From Neocallimastix sp. 'constans' (taxonomy: Eukaryota): a stretch of 64,000 nucleotides of DNA. The stretch is taken from positions 434,001 to 498,000 of the forward strand of contig JBODTK010000119.1 of assembly GCA_050613775.1 (NCBI GenBank). The letters run 5' to 3'. Numbering within the stretch: position 1 is the first letter of the stretch; the number at the start of each line of letters is the position of its first letter. Below, piece by piece: positions 63,491 through 64,000 of this stretch. The translations under genes were made by a program, and so were the position numbers. The notes under the pieces were generated by a model that saw only the letters and a list, made by a program, of their open reading frames with translations, had not been told where the DNA came from and did not search any database.

Positions 63491-64000
63491 ATAATTAAAA
63501 AAAAGGTTAAAATTTTTTTTAACTTTTTTTTTATTGAAAATAATAATATTTTAATTTTTATATAAAGTTTTAATATTTAATATTTAATATTTAAATTTAT
63601 TAGTATTTACTATTTATTAATATTTAATATTTATATTTATATATTATTTATATAATATATATAAATGATAATTATAAATAGAATAGTATATTCTAAATTC
63701 GTATAATGAACTATTATTTATATAATAAAATTTTATTTTTTACGTAAATATAAATATAGATATATTATTTTTAAGACTATTGTAATTTTAATATTTAATA
63801 ACTAATTCAAATAATGAAAAAATCTTTATAGTTCTACAGATACTATTTGAAATTATATATATATTTTATTAAAAGATACATAAAAAAATAACTAAACCGT
63901 ACTTAAACAATTTTTTTTATTTTTACTTCGATACATGTATATAATTTTTTTCTTTAAATGCTTTTTTTTATACAAATTTTAATTTCAATAAAATGCAAAT

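Noticed and set aside
58085..64000. Short ORFs, or telomere/centromere identity, in the terminal 6 kb
   Set aside because: The ORFs derive from simple repeats; no G-rich telomeric unit; centromere function cannot be judged from sequence

Overview
Extremely AT-rich eukaryotic DNA (standard genetic code). Composition and retroelement types suggest an anaerobic gut fungus (Neocallimastigomycota); that assignment is inference. I found no host genes. Positions 1-58079 are a deeply nested transposon cluster and 58085-64000 is low-complexity non-coding DNA. Layout reconstructed from LTR pairs and TSDs: a Copia element (A, 3' part 30140-38089) hosts two Ty3/gypsy chromoviruses, C (15377-30139) and D1 (30398-37180). 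A foldback/TIR element (38513-52359) hosts Copia B, which hosts chromovirus D2. Copia C follows. Main finding: five non-chromodomain Ty3-like units (two coding elements, one non-autonomous element, two solo LTRs) are stacked in tandem at one 4-bp site (CGAA) inside the first bases of the 5' LTR of C. A relative (EB) sits in a second, related LTR. Both host LTRs carry tRNA-like RNA Pol III A/B boxes with identical 44-nt spacing, and both insertion sites end 19-20 nt upstream of the A box. This suggests LTR-borne Pol III promoters act as a landing pad or trap for Pol III-targeting retrotransposons. Also seen: conserved -1 frameshift pseudoknots, covarying leader RNA structures, Tf1-type self-priming, half-tRNA-Lys priming and non-CA LTR ends.
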